Shown here piece by piece: positions 17,435 through 27,052 of a stretch of 46,018 nt of DNA. The stretch spans positions 1-46,018 of the forward strand of contig JBJMMA010000040.1 in the NCBI GenBank assembly GCA_045805065.1, written 5' to 3'. The first letter of the stretch is position 1. The number at the start of each line of letters is the position of its first letter. Position numbers and translations under genes: made by a program. The notes under the pieces were generated by a model. The model made no database searches. It was not told the origin of the DNA and saw only the letters and a program-made list of their open reading frames with translations. The DNA is from Bdellovibrionia bacterium (GTDB taxonomy: Bacteria > Bdellovibrionota > UBA1018).

Positions 17435-18979
17435 TTAATTTGCGCTGCCAATGCCAAGATCATAGGCTTCCGCCTTGATCCAGCCGATCCACCATTTATC
17501 CGAGTTGTAGAGCTGGAAATTTGCCCGAGGAGGCATCCCGTTCAAGCCCTGGATCGGTTGGACGATGATCGGTGACAGCGATGGGTTCTGAAGATTGGTT
17601 CGCTGCAGGAAGCGCTGACAAACCGTCTGAAGCTGCGATTGCGTCGCACTGTCGAGATCCGAGAAGTTCTTGGCCAAGTACGCCGCGGCTTTGGATGGAT
17701 CGGCATCGTTTACGCCAGCAATGTAATTTGCCGCGTACATATCGAAACGCTGACCGGCTTCCGTCACGGCTCCGGCTGGCTTATGGCAGTCCAGGCAATC
17801 CACTGATCCGCGCACAATCGGTTTATAGACCTGATTGAGCCAGACGTTCGGCTCTTTGCAGTTTCCAAGGATCCCTGATTGCAGGTACCCGAAGGAGAAA
17901 GAGATCGTATCCGGATTGGACGTTGACGTTCTCTCCTGGAAAATATCCGCAGCGCTTGCCGCCGTGCTGAAAAGCGGAGCAACGGATGGAACGCAATAAC
18001 TCGTGGATGTGGCATCAATCGTATTGAAATCCACTGGCGTTGGAAAAGTCGGGATATTGCAGATCTTCTTGCCACTCGAGTCAGTCACGTTGAAGTTTGC
18101 CTTATCCACCACCATATCGATGTTGTGATAGGCCTGCCCATAATTGGCTCTATACTGACCGTTGATGTAAAGCCCGAGGTCATGGACGTAAACCGGGCCA
18201 TCAGGACTCATGATTCGCGGATTCTTGAGAACGTAGGCGGCAACGCCAAGATTGGAAGCGTAGTTCTCGTAAGCGAAATCAACTTCCAACCAGGCACGTT
18301 GGAGATTCGGGTTTTTCAGCGGATTCTGGCTATCAGGAGTGCCCGGAAGCACGGAAAACTTCGCAACCGGGTAGCGGAGCTTGCTCCAGCACTTGTTCGC
18401 GCAAAGCCTGTTGCCGTTGGCGTCCGTGCGCGCCACTTTGATATCCGGGCTACAGCTCAGATCCTCGGGAAGATGACATGCCGCTGGATTCGGCGATGGG
18501 ACGGGAATGGCGTGAGTATAGACGATCGCAGTCGAGGTCTGGCCTGGCAGGTTGCCTGATCCGCTCGAGCTGAATGAAGCTTTCCAATCCGTGATCAGCC
18601 CAGTCATTGTCTGAGCGTTCGAGGTGCCAGAGCATTGCGCGCCACAGTGACCATCGCTCACCTTATGCACAAACAATGAGGACGAAATATCCGAGAAGTT
18701 GACGAGCGGAAAATTCAACACGACCTCGAGTGCCGCGTTGACATCGTTTTGCGCGAATTTCGGGCTTTGGGTGGTCCCATGGCAGCTCCGGCAATTGTTC
18801 GTCACATAGGGATAGACCGTGCTTTTGAATCCAGCGAGGACGTCGGCCGAACCGGCCTGCAAATTGCCATTGGTCTGCGAGTTGAGGCTTTGAACGGGAG
18901 CGCCATCGCGCTTGCCCTCCAGGCATCCGGAGGCGAGAAGCGTAAGCGAAATCATTGTTACAGCTAAACGTGCAGTCAT
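17435..18979 (-). CDS. putative di-heme c-type cytochrome lipoprotein
   Basis: Lipobox LASGC; CxxCH motifs CRSCH and CLDCH; GGAG RBS before ATG 18979. Confidence 0.75.
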   Translation of the reverse strand: MTARLAVTMISLTLLASGCLEGKRDGAPVQSLNSQTNGNLQAGSADVLAGFKSTVYPYVTNNCRSCHGTTQSPKFAQNDVNAALEVVLNFPLVNFSDISSSLFVHKVSDGHCGAQCSGTSNAQTMTGLITDWKASFSSSGSGNLPGQTSTAIVYTHAIPVPSPNPAACHLPEDLSCSPDIKVARTDANGNRLCANKCWSKLRYPVAKFSVLPGTPDSQNPLKNPNLQRAWLEVDFAYENYASNLGVAAYVLKNPRIMSPDGPVYVHDLGLYINGQYRANYGQAYHNIDMVVDKANFNVTDSSGKKICNIPTFPTPVDFNTIDATSTSYCVPSVAPLFSTAASAADIFQERTSTSNPDTISFSFGYLQSGILGNCKEPNVWLNQVYKPIVRGSVDCLDCHKPAGAVTEAGQRFDMYAANYIAGVNDADPSKAAAYLAKNFSDLDSATQSQLQTVCQRFLQRTNLQNPSLSPIIVQPIQGLNGMPPRANFQLYNSDKWWIGWIKAEAYDLGIGSAN

Positions 18980-19007
18980 GGGGGTCTCCGTAGATCGGCC
19001 TTTTAGC

Positions 19008-20531
19008 TCAGCTCTTGAATGGGCCCAGCGCCACAAGCGAATCAATCATGCTTGCGGGTACCAGCGCGGACCCCAACGAGTTCGCCATAGGCCCGGTATA
19101 AAGATTGAGCGCATTATTGAGTGCGAGATAGTTCAGGACACAAGCCTGAGCCGCATTCTGCATATTGTAAGTCAGGCAGTTTGGATCCGTGGTCTCACCG
19201 CTCGTCAGATTGCCAACGTGCGTTTTGAGAACATCCACCGCCTTGGCGTGCGGATCAAACGCAGCCATCACCATGCCGCTATGGCCATTGTCATCACCGC
19301 GCCAGTTACGGGTCATTGGATCGGAATAGATCCCGCCGTCCGTGATGAGCTGTAGCGCGAATTTCTTGTTCTTCTTGCGCGCGAGCTGGAGCATGCGCTT
19401 CATGACCATGCCGATCTGCGCATCTTTCGCGTCGCCGGAGGTCTGCGTTCCATCGTGATAGTCGCAGCCCCCCACCGTGATGACGCCTGGGCCTGAGGTG
19501 CCTTCAAGAGCATTCTTGACGATCGTTGCTTCGAGCACCATGGGATCGTTCTCACCGGTCGCAGGGCTGATGCCGTAGATGGCCTGGCAATCAGCATCAA
19601 ATCGCGCGTCCATGCTTGCGGATGGATTAACGTAGTTTTTGTTGGCTTTGAATCCTGAATTGATGAGAGCGCTCATGGCATCGCCCTGATTCATCGCGCT
19701 CAGCATGCCAAGCTGCGTGTTGGAGAGATTGAGAAGTCCATCAGCCAGATCACTCACCACGGCCGTAGGCACGTTGGCAAGCGCGGGACCATAACTCAGT
19801 GCCTGAGTCAGCGTTCTCACCGAGGAAATCGCAACAGGCTTCGCTGCGGATGGAAGCAGAAGCCCTGCAGCCGATAGCGAGTTTCCGGCCGAAGGCGAAG
19901 CCACGGTCCCCAGACCGTTTGGAAGTCTGCTGCCAGAAGCACCGAAGTAAGATGCCAGGCCTGCGATCTGCACCTCATTGGACGAGCTATCGCTGAGTGT
20001 GTTGGCGTGAATCAGCGACATGCGAAATCCGGATTGCAGCGCATTGACAAATTCGGTGTCCGCGGCGTTTTGAGTCGCGGTAGCTGGATCCGCCTGATTG
20101 ACCGGCGTAATCTTCATCAGTGTTTCATAGACCTGACTTACGCCTTGGGCCATCGGAGCGCCCATGGAGGAGTCGACGCCTCCAACAAGCGTGGCAAGGC
20201 CTGTTCCAGGATAAGATGAAAGAGCCTTGAAGGAGCCCGAGACCTGAGAGCCCACCCAGTTCCCCAGCAATCCGAATCCGCCCGCGCAATCAATGATCAG
20301 AAGCGGGCAAAGTCCCGGCATGGCGCTGCCAGATGCGCCAGGAGCCGCATCACCCGCGCGCACCGCGCGTTCACGAAGGATCAGACTCACGATGGATGGA
20401 GCCATCACCATGCCGGAAAAACTGATCAGGCCGCTACTGATGAAGTCGCGACGGTTCATCAGTTTTTTCTCCGGATGGACCGGATTTGGATCGCCGATCT
20501 TGAAGATTCTCTGCTCGGTTTTCTTTTTCAT
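19008..20531 (-). CDS. Tat-exported protein, DUF1501-like
   Basis: Twin-arginine motif NRRDFI followed by a hydrophobic stretch; DCAGG, GGCDYHD and LITDGG motifs resemble DUF1501/DUF1552-type proteins. Confidence 0.7.
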   Translation of the reverse strand: MKKKTEQRIFKIGDPNPVHPEKKLMNRRDFISSGLISFSGMVMAPSIVSLILRERAVRAGDAAPGASGSAMPGLCPLLIIDCAGGFGLLGNWVGSQVSGSFKALSSYPGTGLATLVGGVDSSMGAPMAQGVSQVYETLMKITPVNQADPATATQNAADTEFVNALQSGFRMSLIHANTLSDSSSNEVQIAGLASYFGASGSRLPNGLGTVASPSAGNSLSAAGLLLPSAAKPVAISSVRTLTQALSYGPALANVPTAVVSDLADGLLNLSNTQLGMLSAMNQGDAMSALINSGFKANKNYVNPSASMDARFDADCQAIYGISPATGENDPMVLEATIVKNALEGTSGPGVITVGGCDYHDGTQTSGDAKDAQIGMVMKRMLQLARKKNKKFALQLITDGGIYSDPMTRNWRGDDNGHSGMVMAAFDPHAKAVDVLKTHVGNLTSGETTDPNCLTYNMQNAAQACVLNYLALNNALNLYTGPMANSLGSALVPASMIDSLVALGPFKS

Positions 20532-20543
20532 ATTCCCCTACCC

Positions 20544-21230
20544 TTAATTCAATAGAAAGGCTGAGCTGCTGAGCGCCATCGTGCATGGAACCATCAATAC
20601 CCCGATGGTTTTGTCCTGAGCGCTCGTGTTCATCGGAAAGTTCGACGAATCCTTGATGGCGTTGAGCAACGCGGTTGAAAAAGCGCTGAACTCGGCATCT
20701 GTTGCGGCCCGTTTCCAGAACTTTGCGGTGTATTGCTCAATGGCGGCCACCCCAGGATCAGGCGATCCACTGGCAGGCTTTCTCACGAGGGCCGTGCCAC
20801 CGCTGGAGGCCAGCGCCTGCGGACCTGCCGTGAAATTGATGCCGTTATCGGCCCAGCGCTTTCCATCGGCCAGAGCCGCATCGCTGGTGATCATCTCGCG
20901 GCACGCAACCGCCATGAATTGAGTGATCGCCATCAACATGGATGAATTCATCGACGTTGCGTTTCCATCTGACGACAGCCAGGGTGCAATCACCTCGTAG
21001 TTGGACATAAGCTTGGTGCTGAAAGGAACGTTGGTCACCGCGGCAACCGAGAGCCCGAGCTGCGAGACGGTCTTCAAGCCTGCCGTGCTGCCAGGCGCAT
21101 ACGCGGCTTGCAGTGCTGCGGTCGTCGGCGCCGAATTGAACGTCAGCACCGTTTTAGGCGACAGACTGAAGCAGGATGAAAGTCCCGTGCACAAAGCGAG
21201 AGCCATGCTGACTCGAATGAGATTTCTCAT
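20544..21230 (-). CDS. lipoprotein of unknown function (DUF1595/PSD-like helical C-terminus)
   Basis: Lipobox LSSC; KFWKRAATDAE...CTMALSSSAFL. ATGA overlap with the upstream gene. Confidence 0.7.
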   Translation of the reverse strand: MRNLIRVSMALALCTGLSSCFSLSPKTVLTFNSAPTTAALQAAYAPGSTAGLKTVSQLGLSVAAVTNVPFSTKLMSNYEVIAPWLSSDGNATSMNSSMLMAITQFMAVACREMITSDAALADGKRWADNGINFTAGPQALASSGGTALVRKPASGSPDPGVAAIEQYTAKFWKRAATDAEFSAFSTALLNAIKDSSNFPMNTSAQDKTIGVLMVPCTMALSSSAFLLN

Positions 21231-24040
21231 TTTCCACCCCCAGCGCCAGTTCCAAGGCAGCTCGAGAGAGATGCCGCCTTCTGGAACAAACGTCTCATAT
21301 TGTAATTCGTGCTCTGGAAGTAAGTGCTTAGGTCATTGATGACTCCGGCATCCGGTCCATTGAAGTGCACATCCACTTTGGCGGGAGTGCCCATCGTGCA
21401 GACTTGCTGGTACACGCGCTTTGCCATGCACTTGGCGAAGCCATCGGAGTTCGCGAGCATCATACCCAGTGCATGAACGCCGTTACCCTGGGTCGGAACT
21501 CCTGACGACCATCCAAAAACCGGCTGCCAATTGTTCGACGTCAGGAAGTTCATCCAGGAGTCGTCTCCGGTCACGTACCCTGGAGGAAAGACGCCATTGT
21601 TCTTGTTCATCTTGGGCATCGTGGCCTCTTCGCCATAACCACCGGCATTGACGTAGAACACGCGCCAATCGTTCAGATCACCAATCCCGTTGCCATTGTT
21701 AGGCTGACTTGGATTTGGGTAAGCGTCATAGAAGGCATAGGCTCCGCCCAACGAGTCCAGCGACGTGTGACATGAGCGGCAGCTTGAATGATAAATCTTG
21801 GGATCTCCGCCTGGAGCATGGTCGACGTCGCGACGAATGCGCCATTCAGTCAGGCTGGAGTCCTGGACGTCGGTGATGTCATGGCAGAGGAATCGATCCA
21901 TCATGAAGCGGATCGCGCGGCGGTTCGTTCCCATGTAGAGGCCCGAGACCCCCCACTGACGAGTCGTCAGAAGGCCCGCAGCGTCCGGATGAACGATCGG
22001 ATGGTCGGAATTGAAAGCCAGGTCCTTGGAATTGTTATACACGCACTGTGGAGCCGGCACGAGTTGCTTATCGAGTCCGTTATTGACCGGGTCGGCATAC
22101 ATCGCCACCATCGCATCTATATAAGGTTTGGTGCTCTTATAGACATCGGATGGAGCGCAGGAGCCGGAGGATGCAGGCTTGTAAGCCTTGGGAACATAGA
22201 TCTGGTTCCCGGTCAGAAGGAGCTGAGCGTTCAGATCATCGCGGACGATCCCGATCCAGGTCGCCGTGAAGTCATTGAGGTCAGTGAGCTTTCCGGTCGT
22301 ACCCAGCGGGTTTTTGCCGGCATCAGAAAGCGGCGTGATCATGTTCCAGAGAGTGGAATTGTAGAAGCCAGGCTCACGGGTTGCCAGATAGGCAGCCTGC
22401 ATGATGTCGCCGGACATGATCTTATCACTATAGAGCTTGAGCTGTGGATACTTTGGACCCGTGCCTGCGGGATCGACGTTCCAATCCGGAATCTGCTTGT
22501 TCTCGTCCATTGGCAAGCCTGCCAGGTGGAGATAGAGCCTGCGAGCAATGTCCTGCGCTTGACCCACTGAGGTTGGAGCCGCAACGAGGTCGCGTGCGAG
22601 AATCTTCACGCTGATCTTATCACTTAAGAGCGATCCACCTGAGATGCCGAGGCTGAGGTTTTCGGCTGCGGTGTCGCGGAAGTAGAAAGACGCTGTTTTC
22701 TGTCCCGCGGGGATCATGACATTTGAAATCACGCTCGTGCAGTTGGCGTCCGAATAAAGCGTAGTCGAGCCCGACTTTGAAATGTTCACCGTCAGATTGG
22801 ATGCAGGTGACGTATCGTTTCCGTTCTGGTCCTCCACTCCGATTGCGACCGGAGCCGAGCATTTTCCCTGGTCAACCGACGAAGGAGCGCTCTCGAACAC
22901 AAGCTGATTGGCTGTGCCGCCGTTGATGCTCTCCACTTGCACGGCCGAGACGATGAATCCATTGCCAGGGCTGTAAGACGTCGCCACCTGTTGCGCCGCC
23001 TGCGCTACAGTCGATTGAAGATAGAACTGAATGTAAGAATCGCTGATGGTTTCGTTCCAACGTCCCGTTGCAGGCTCGGACGCAGGATAGCTTTTGGCGA
23101 TCGACATCTTGGAAGTGTTGTAAAGACATTTTGGATCCAGGAATGCGGTCGCTGGCGAAAGGGTCATCGAAATCGTGACCTTATCCGAAGTGAAGAATCC
23201 CGAGTCGCCCTCAGAGAGCTTGATGGCCGTACCGTTTCCATCCACTAGATTAACCTTCATCGCGGATGAGCAAACCTCGGCCGTCGTGCTGATTGGCGAA
23301 GTCATGAATTTCAAACGTGGATAGTATTTGACGGTGCTGAAAATGCCGAAGCTCTTTTTGACTCCAGAAGAAGGAGCAACGACTTCGAATGCATAGGTGA
23401 AGCTGAGCTGGCCCGGATAGGTTGTTTCAGCGTAGAAGTTTTCGTAGTGACCGGACCCTTGGGCGATATTGAGCACGACGTATCGAACACCGTTAGCTGC
23501 CCAGCCTGCAGGAGATTTGTCGGCTGCGGCCAATTGAGACTGAATCGCGGCGTTAGCGGATGCCGGCAATGAGGTGTAAACCTGAGGATTCAGGCCACCA
23601 GAACGGGGATTCATATTATCCGTAGGCTTGATGTAAAATTTTGCGCTATTGAGCGTGTTCGCATTCGATGCCTTGACCATGATGATCGCAACACGATTGG
23701 TATCTGCGCCAACATCAGAATTCGTTGGCGACCAGGTATAGCTTGGGCAAGGCGTAGGCGAACCGGCTGGCACAGGAGGAGGAGGTACCAGGCGACGAAC
23801 GTACAATATCTGCTGGGGTCTGACGTCCTGAACATTGTTCTTGATCGCGGAGTAGCCCTCGCTTCCGCCCACCAGCTGCATATTGTCGACATTTCCAGCA
23901 GCAAACGTAGGCTGCGGCGTAGGCATGGTTGCAGGTGGAAGAACGACTTCGCCCGTAGGGCAAGATGGATCGGCGCTCCAGGCGCTACAAGCGAGCAGAA
24001 CCCCACAAAAGGCCAACCATTTGACTTGCAGATTGAGCAT
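21227..24040 (-). CDS. large secreted protein with beta-rich N-terminus and C-terminal CxxCH (DUF1588/DUF1585-like) region
   Basis: Signal peptide; ARRLYLHLAG, AAGLLTT, TNRR, RIRRDVDHAPGGD, CRSCH..LD, FAKCMAKRVY and YNMRRLF. Confidence 0.75.
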   Translation of the reverse strand: MLNLQVKWLAFCGVLLACSAWSADPSCPTGEVVLPPATMPTPQPTFAAGNVDNMQLVGGSEGYSAIKNNVQDVRPQQILYVRRLVPPPPVPAGSPTPCPSYTWSPTNSDVGADTNRVAIIMVKASNANTLNSAKFYIKPTDNMNPRSGGLNPQVYTSLPASANAAIQSQLAAADKSPAGWAANGVRYVVLNIAQGSGHYENFYAETTYPGQLSFTYAFEVVAPSSGVKKSFGIFSTVKYYPRLKFMTSPISTTAEVCSSAMKVNLVDGNGTAIKLSEGDSGFFTSDKVTISMTLSPATAFLDPKCLYNTSKMSIAKSYPASEPATGRWNETISDSYIQFYLQSTVAQAAQQVATSYSPGNGFIVSAVQVESINGGTANQLVFESAPSSVDQGKCSAPVAIGVEDQNGNDTSPASNLTVNISKSGSTTLYSDANCTSVISNVMIPAGQKTASFYFRDTAAENLSLGISGGSLLSDKISVKILARDLVAAPTSVGQAQDIARRLYLHLAGLPMDENKQIPDWNVDPAGTGPKYPQLKLYSDKIMSGDIMQAAYLATREPGFYNSTLWNMITPLSDAGKNPLGTTGKLTDLNDFTATWIGIVRDDLNAQLLLTGNQIYVPKAYKPASSGSCAPSDVYKSTKPYIDAMVAMYADPVNNGLDKQLVPAPQCVYNNSKDLAFNSDHPIVHPDAAGLLTTRQWGVSGLYMGTNRRAIRFMMDRFLCHDITDVQDSSLTEWRIRRDVDHAPGGDPKIYHSSCRSCHTSLDSLGGAYAFYDAYPNPSQPNNGNGIGDLNDWRVFYVNAGGYGEEATMPKMNKNNGVFPPGYVTGDDSWMNFLTSNNWQPVFGWSSGVPTQGNGVHALGMMLANSDGFAKCMAKRVYQQVCTMGTPAKVDVHFNGPDAGVINDLSTYFQSTNYNMRRLFQKAASLSSCLGTGAGGGK

Positions 24041-24159
24041 GGACTGTTCCCCTCGCCTCCATCCTGGAGACACCCCATTTCTCTGAGAGAGACTTACTCA
24101 GATATGAATAAGCTTAAGACATCTGCTTAAGCCGCAAAATGTGTGGTGTGGGACACATC

Positions 24160-25077
24160 CTATAAATCAAAGGAGATTTCTTGCAGAGAACGAGAGGCTG
24201 CTTCTTCACTTAAGATATCAAAGGGTTCAAAGTCTCGTTGAAATAGGCCGAAATCGAAGCTTTCCTCGAATGTTTTTAAAATTGCTTCGATAGTCCAGCC
24301 GCAAGCATTGAGCTCATGGAGCGTGACGCCCGCAGTTCGCTTTTCCAGCCGATGACCATCGTTTTGCACTATGAGTGAAGTGTGAAAGACAGCAGGCAAT
24401 CGCGGCTCAAGACCTTCCACTTTGCAGATCCAGGCTTGAATTTTTCTTTGAATCTCTGTTGCTGAACTGAGATCGGCTGCGCGGACCAGAAGGTCGTACC
24501 TGCCATCCAGATCATCAATCGCGCATGCCCAATGATAGGACGGCACAAAGGATGACGCATCCACCTGAGCCGACGTGCGCGCGATGATCGGATCATGAGC
24601 TCCGCCGGGTTCGTCGCTTTTAAATCTCCAACCCAGAAGGATCTGAGGCGTTGCTTTGGCTTTGGCAAGAGTCGCTTCGGTCACATTTCTGCATTTGCCA
24701 CTATAGACGGGAGGCAAGGAACCCAACGCAAGATGCGGGGCCGAGGCCAAGGTCTCCATCGCCGATTGAATGTCTTTTCGGGAGCATACGCACGGATAAA
24801 TCTGTCCTGATGCGACTGCCTTTTGGAAAAGCTCCCAGTGTCTTTCTCGGCGCGTACTTTGAACGATGATCTCATCCGGCACAAGCCCAAGCTCGCGCAT
24901 ATCAGCAAGCTGCTGCTCTTGCGCTCCCGGCAGGACCCGCGGCAGATCGATATCCTCAAAGCGTACAATCCAGGGAAGCTGATGCGCGCGCGCAAGTTTC
25001 CAGGAGACCCAAGCGGTTCTCAGGTTTCCGAGATGGAAGCGTCCTGTAGGCGAAGGTGCGAACCGAACTCCTGACAT
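24160..25077 (-). CDS. gluQ: glutamyl-Q tRNA(Asp) synthetase
   Basis: RFAPSPTG.FHLGN, RFEDID, zinc motif CVC...YSGKC and RLEKR. It is 305 aa and lacks an anticodon-binding domain. Confidence 0.8.
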   Translation of the reverse strand: MSGVRFAPSPTGRFHLGNLRTAWVSWKLARAHQLPWIVRFEDIDLPRVLPGAQEQQLADMRELGLVPDEIIVQSTRRERHWELFQKAVASGQIYPCVCSRKDIQSAMETLASAPHLALGSLPPVYSGKCRNVTEATLAKAKATPQILLGWRFKSDEPGGAHDPIIARTSAQVDASSFVPSYHWACAIDDLDGRYDLLVRAADLSSATEIQRKIQAWICKVEGLEPRLPAVFHTSLIVQNDGHRLEKRTAGVTLHELNACGWTIEAILKTFEESFDFGLFQRDFEPFDILSEEAASRSLQEISFDL

Positions 25078-25102
25078 AATTCAATTCCTACCTGAGGGCG
25101 GC

Positions 25103-25477
25103 CTATCTAAGTGCAGCGGGATGAGCAAAGTCTTCAGGTATCTTTTGAATCTTGGGATGCAGCTCCACGGGCGCCATGCTTTGAATCGCATCGAGCGAGA
25201 TTCCATACCGGGACTTTAGAACGACCAGCATCTGTTCCGCCCTGATCTCAAAGCGCTGGATCTGCTTTTTCTCCAGAAGCTCCTGGATCGCTGCAAAGTC
25301 GGTCGCGGAATAAGGATCAAGAAATCCGACGTTCAGCTTCTTTTGCTTCATTCCTAATGGAAGAGCTCCGTGACGAAGCACCCATTCAATCGGAATGAGC
25401 GATTGAGTAGACTCAGGGAAATACTTCGCGTCTAACTCAAAAAGTTTGAACTTAGGCGAAAAGATTCTCCGAAGCAT
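25103..25477 (-). CDS. stand-alone GspE/PilB N-terminal (T2SSE_N)-like domain protein
   Basis: LIP.EW..RH..LP....KLNVGFLDP...AIQE...L..RYG pattern; no ATPase domain follows. Confidence 0.6.
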   Translation of the reverse strand: MLRRIFSPKFKLFELDAKYFPESTQSLIPIEWVLRHGALPLGMKQKKLNVGFLDPYSATDFAAIQELLEKKQIQRFEIRAEQMLVVLKSRYGISLDAIQSMAPVELHPKIQKIPEDFAHPAALR

Positions 25478-25482
25478 CTGGA

Positions 25483-27039
25483 TTATAACTCCACAGCGGC
25501 ACGAAGCGCTGTCAGCGTGTAGTTCACTTTGCCTGGAACGTCATTGAGATCGCGCCAAGTCTCAAAAGACCATTGAACCAGACCTGGCTTCCAGACCAGA
25601 ACGCCGCCAATCAGTCTTTGATCACTGACCTCGATCACGCGGTTATCGTTCTGTCGGTAACCCGTGCGAATCAGAGCCTTCCAATCGCGTTTTGCGCCGA
25701 ACTTCTGGCTTCCCTCAACGTACCATCCACTTCTAGTAAAATTATCCGCAGGCAGGTTCACCTTAATGGTAATGAGGGCTGCGCGAAACTCGGTCCCTGT
25801 TCTTGCAAATCGAAGCTGGGAATCCAGTCCAAGCGCAGTGAATCTCTCCGCTTCCACTCCCTGGTCACTGTAGCGACAGGTGTAGAAAGATCCATTGAGG
25901 CCGAATTTACGAGCCCAGAGGGTTTCAAGACGTCCACCGATCGCCTTGTCGCGGTTGTTATCGGTGATTTCGATATTTGTCTGCCCTTGAAAATCAGGAT
26001 AGATGCCGCCTTGTCCTGGATAGGGGTTTGCCGTAGTCGATTGAAAACCGTTGGTCAGATAAAGCGTTCCATCCATGTGGAAGTTGGAATAATCAATCAG
26101 GCGATATTTCATCGCAATGCCTGGCTCTGCCCAGAGATCCGGAAGGAAAGCGGTTTGTCCTGGCTGGAAAAAGACGGAGAGATTTGGGCGACCACCATAC
26201 ATTGTATGTGGAAAGGTGTCGTCAAACGGGATCAGGAGCTTTCCGCCGCGAAATTGCAGCCTCGGCGTCGCCTGATAGCCCAGCTCAAAAAAGTTGGAGC
26301 GCGTTGAAAGATTGAAACTGAAAGAAAAGGTCAGCTTACTATCAGGCATCAAATCAATGAACGTGTAGCTATGGACGTTCCTGAAGGTAAGATCCATGAC
26401 GTTTGGCTGATTGATGAGCCAGAGATCAAAATAGAACTTAAAATTTGGCGTCAGGTTGAGCTTTCCAAATGGATTGCTTCCACCCGAGGCATGCGGGCTT
26501 CCGCCACCTTCGTGAGGATTTACTCCCCCGCCCGCCATGGGTTTGGACGATGGTGTTGACGAAAGCTGATTGAGGTCCACTGCCTCTTCGGTTGGCTTAG
26601 GTCGTGGAGTCGCACTGGGAGCGGGCCTTGGAGCAGGTCTTTGAGCTACCTGGGGAGCAACTTGAGGAGCGGGTTGCTGAGCCGGGCGAAATACGGGAGC
26701 TGGAGTTCCAATTGAAGAAGACCTCGCAGGAGCTGCAGTGGGCGCTGGTCTTAAAGCATTATTTGGCGTTGCCACTGCTCTTGGAGCGCTGATTGCGTTG
26801 GGCTGAGTCGGCACTACCGGCCTTGCAATAGTCGTGTTCGGCGTGGCGGCTCTTGGAGCCACGGGAGTGACAGTTCTGGGAGCTGCCGGTCTCTGCGATG
26901 GAGCCGCAGTTGGCGTATCATCGAGAGTGATCACAGGCCGACCTTGCGAGGTCGTGCGCGCGGTGGTCTCTCCCCATGCAAGCGAAACTACTCCGATGCC
27001 AACAGCGAATACAGGTCCAAAAGCCTTGGAGATTCTCAA
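25483..27039 (-). CDS. putative outer-membrane beta-barrel (porin-like) with long Pro/Ala-rich N-terminal tether
   Basis: Signal peptide, ~150 aa P/A/T/R-rich segment, then alternating aromatic beta-strands with NNRDKAIGGR and GWYVEG. TTG start. Confidence 0.7.
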   Translation of the reverse strand: MRISKAFGPVFAVGIGVVSLAWGETTARTTSQGRPVITLDDTPTAAPSQRPAAPRTVTPVAPRAATPNTTIARPVVPTQPNAISAPRAVATPNNALRPAPTAAPARSSSIGTPAPVFRPAQQPAPQVAPQVAQRPAPRPAPSATPRPKPTEEAVDLNQLSSTPSSKPMAGGGVNPHEGGGSPHASGGSNPFGKLNLTPNFKFYFDLWLINQPNVMDLTFRNVHSYTFIDLMPDSKLTFSFSFNLSTRSNFFELGYQATPRLQFRGGKLLIPFDDTFPHTMYGGRPNLSVFFQPGQTAFLPDLWAEPGIAMKYRLIDYSNFHMDGTLYLTNGFQSTTANPYPGQGGIYPDFQGQTNIEITDNNRDKAIGGRLETLWARKFGLNGSFYTCRYSDQGVEAERFTALGLDSQLRFARTGTEFRAALITIKVNLPADNFTRSGWYVEGSQKFGAKRDWKALIRTGYRQNDNRVIEVSDQRLIGGVLVWKPGLVQWSFETWRDLNDVPGKVNYTLTALRAAVEL

Positions 27040-27052
27040 AGTTGGTTTCCCT

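Noticed and set aside
21788..22570. 260-aa plus-strand ORF, and similar ones at 2656..3297, 25573..26307 and 29484..30080
   Set aside because: All lie fully antisense to genes with clear motifs and have no protein-like features.
24160..25077. Possible truncated gltX pseudogene
   Set aside because: The length and CxC...Y...C zinc motif fit a complete GluQ, which naturally lacks the anticodon domain.
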